Source: Veleropilina oligotropha
Lineage: Eukaryota
Assembly: GCA_048128005.1 (NCBI GenBank)
Contig: JBEUKZ010000078.1
Coordinates: forward strand, 62,001-126,000
Direction of reading: 5' to 3'
DNA length: 64,000 nucleotides
Shown: positions 60,641-64,000 of the stretch, in pieces
Layout: every line of letters begins with the position of its first letter
How positions within the stretch are numbered: the first letter of the stretch is position 1
Program-made: the position numbers and the translations under genes
Notes under the pieces: model-generated
The model's database searches: none
Told to the model about the DNA's origin: nothing
Seen by the model: only the letters and a program-made list of their open reading frames with translations

Positions 60641-62393
60641 AAGGTGCTTTTTTAAAGAAAAAACCTTAATTGCCGCTAAGACAGTGGCGCCGCATAGCAG
60701 AAATTAAGTGCGATTCAACTTCAGTACCATACCTACATGTTTACCATTTTTAGAGTTTTTGATTTACGGTAATTTCAGTTGAACGCATTTGACAATCGAC
60801 GCAAACGTTTGATATTGCTGAGCAGCTGATCCCTTTGACCGCATACAGTATATATGGTAAAATTATTGGTGTCAGCAACGCAATAAGGAGCCAATTTCTG
60901 AGCTAAAGCGGTCCGAAAATGGTCAAAATTAACTATTGTAGTTTGGAGAGCACTTTAAGATAACTTCTATCTCTCTCTGTCCAGGTTTACGACCTGCTAA
61001 TTGCTGATTTATCTGCCTGCGGTGGCCACAAGCCGGCCATAGAGCTCATAAACTAATTTAGAGTCGCTGGATACTATTGACTGCTTGCATTCAAGCAATT
61101 AAAGCAATTAATGCAGTTCAATTCTTCTGACTGAACGCAAAAAATAAACTGTTTTAATATTGAACCACCAGTCATAGCGCTATGAAATTGAACATACGAA
61201 TTCACAGAAATGTGATGCGTATTGTATTTAAATTTCAAGTTCATAGTCCTAGTTACAGCTAAGTTATTTAGGAGTTAGAGCAGAACTAAACCTCTAGTTT
61301 TTACGACATACTAATTTCTTATTTCTCTGCAGGCAGTGCCATGGCCACAGTTTATTGATACAAAGTAATTAGGTGGCCATAATGTCAATACAAGACCATG
61401 GGGCTTTGTTGACACAGGGTAATAAATTACTTTAAGCCAGCCAGATATAGTCACTACATAAAAAATACACTGTCTTTTTGCAGTATTACCACTCCCAGCT
61501 ATTCGAAAATATGCATATATATTATTTCCCCTAAGATGGCACTAGTGTTAAATTTACCACTTGATGGTCCCCGTACAACCTAAGTTATAGCAGTTACAAA
61601 ATGATGTCAAAAAATGTCTATATCTTTAAATTAACTTAAATAAGTGATAGCTTTTTTATATATTGCGTTAGATAAATTTGATGTGTTCATAATGAACTTT
61701 ATTTCGTTTCAAATAATTAAATATTAAGGAAGATACGACTAATTGAAATTTTAAATTTCAAATGACTTTTGCTCTTAATATTTTCATACTGTTATTTTTT
61801 GGTTTATTATACATTTATAAGAACATAACACAACGTTCCCACCTACGAAGTTTCATTGTGATCGGACAGACGACTGCAGGGAAAATGACGTTTGAAGTTT
61901 TTCAAACAATCCAAGATGGCGGCTTAACCACATCACGCAGAAATATCTTCTTTGTAGCAAAATTAACTTACAGAAAGCGTCTACCACTCAGCGAAGGTTG
62001 AAGACTATAGTTAAAGCAGAATAAGAGTTATAGCCGATGTAAAAAAGTGTGATTTTTTCAAAATTATTGAGAGATTCAGATGGCCGTAACTGCCTTGCTT
62101 TTGTTCCGATAACATTTTCGATCGCAAACTTTTTTCTTCACATAGTGAAGACCATTATTTAGGAACATCGCGTACCTCACTTCAGCCGTTTGGCCGAAGA
62201 AGATGGTATAAAAAGGTGCTTTTTTAAAGAAAAAACCTTAATTGCCGCTAAGCCAGTGGCGCCGCATAGCAGAACTTAAGTGCGAAACAACTTCAGTACC
62301 ATAGCTACATGTTTACCAATTTTAGAGTTTTTGATTTAAGCGGTTTGGAAGTTATCACTGGTACAAACTCAGCCGGAATAATAAGAATAATAA

Positions 62394-63300
62394 TTAAAGC
62401 TGCAAGCAGCTGTTAGGGCTCCAATTCAGGGACCAGTGTACAGGCACTCGCAAACACAGCATCTACCCACACACCAAATTTCAGCTTTCTACCCGCCATA
62501 TCATCGAATTAGGTCAATTACTGCCGAACCAGTGGCGCCACTTAGCTGAAAAGTTTACAGGCGCTTAATAAACACCATATCTACCTGCAAACCAAATTTC
62601 AGCTTTCTACCCCAAAAATCTTCGAATTAGGTCAATTACTGCCGAACCAGTGGCGCCACCTAGCTGAAAAATGTACAGGCGCTTAATAAACACCATATCT
62701 ACCTGCAAACCAAATTTCAGCTTCCTACCCCCAAAATCATGGAATTAGGTCAATTACTGCCGAACCAGTGGCGCCACCTAGCTGGAAAATGTACAGGCGC
62801 TTAATAAACACCATATCTACCTGCAAACCAAATTTCAGCTTTCTACCCCCAAAATCATGGAATTAGGTCAATTACAGCTAACTGGGTCATCTGAGGTCAA
62901 AGGTCATGGTCATTTTTGAAAGCTTACCCATGACTTCCCATAGGCTCCCCATTGTAACTATATGTCTAAGATGCACCGTTTACAAGATACAGCCCCTTGA
63001 AACAATTTCCATAATGGCGTCCGATTTCCGCCATCTTGGAAATGCGATGTCAAATACGTTCCCACTACCCATTGCACTCCATCCCCTGCGTTTGTCCGAG
63101 TTCGGCAATTTTTCGCTAATTAGGTCACTGAGGTCAAAGGTCAAGGTCATTTTCGAAAGTTTACCCATGACTTCCCATAAGCTCCCCATAGTAACTATAT
63201 GTCTAAGATGCACCGTTTACAAGATATAGCCCCTTTAAACATTTTCAGTAATGGCGTCCAAGTCAGCTGGTGGGAAAAAGGAGAGAAAATAAATAATAAT
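62394..63300 (+). mobile_element. Second copy of the 0.9-kb element
   Basis: Near-identical to 58256..59165. Confidence 0.75.
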
Positions 63301-63934
63301 TAAAGCTGCCAAGCAGCTGTAGAGGGCTTCAAGCTGATCGCGTCCTATCGCTTGCAGCCATCTTTTTTTTTTTTTTTTTTTTTTAACTTTTAGATTTAAT
63401 TTTTAAATATTTTATTTTTTTTCCTTAGAATTTTATTAATATATACACTGAATCGAATGCCGCAAATTTCAGGTCTGTACGCCACGTAGGTCTCCAGTTC
63501 TGGCCTTTTTAAGGAAAATGTGGTAGCCATTTTTTTTTTTTTTCGAATTTTTTTATTATCCTAATTTAAAATATCTAAGCTCTAGCATCAATATTAACAG
63601 AGTTTGCCATTTCCTGACCATTTTCTGGCAAACATTATGTCTTTTTCTGGCGAAAATATGTCGTTTTCCTTAATTAGGTCATTTTCTGCAATGTAGGTCA
63701 ACTGAGGTCAAAGGTCAAGGGCACATGTGAAAGATCAACCATGACTTCCCATAGGGTCCCCATAGTAACTACGTGTCCACGGTGCATCCTTGTTGATATA
63801 TTGCCACTTCTAACAAATGCTTTAATGGCCGCCGAGGCACTTCCTGTTTTTTAATTTTATCTTGGAAATTTGGTAAATAGCAACTACGCACGTCAATAGG
63901 AGTTCATTTTAGCCACTATGGGCAAGCATATATG

Positions 63935-63942
<8 letters not shown>

Positions 63943-64000
<58 letters not shown>
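63943..64000. repeat. (TA)n microsatellite
   Basis: Direct. Confidence 0.95.

Noticed and set aside
55825..63229. Short duplicated ORFs in the right-hand repeats
   Set aside because: Incidental translations of tandem and interspersed repeats

Overview
AT-rich eukaryotic DNA, probably from a marine invertebrate (lophotrochozoan-like repeats); all alignments and counts were made by eye. Host genes: the first three coding exons of CHFR (minus strand) lie head-to-head, with ATGs 148 bp apart, to a 4-exon theta-class glutathione S-transferase (GSTT-a, +, 5652..41342). A convergent paralog (GSTT-b, -, 44591..49346) has its exons 1-2 tandemly duplicated. Both GSTs end in PTS1-like tripeptides (SKM, AKL). 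The 31.9-kb intron 3 of GSTT-a holds three nested, co-oriented DIRS1-type tyrosine-recombinase retrotransposons. Decayed element A (9408..31523) contains intact element B (10360..17803) and partly disrupted element C (23089..30337). Each has ITRs and an ICR, and each is inserted at TAT^TT. The nest possibly sits inside an older Academ-like DNA transposon. The most notable signal is that gag ends at CCC-TAG-GG in all three DIRS copies. In B and C the RT/RNaseH/MT ORF is in the +1 frame with no usable AUG, and the recombinase ORF continues in the gag frame directly after the single TAG. A hairpin with a compensatory change follows. This is a candidate three-way termination / +1 frameshift / readthrough switch. 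The DIRS leader and trailer also carry conserved splice signals and covarying RNA stems. The rest of the window is MITEs, Helentron-like (HINE) repeats, SINEs, LINE fragments and a DD37D/maT remnant.
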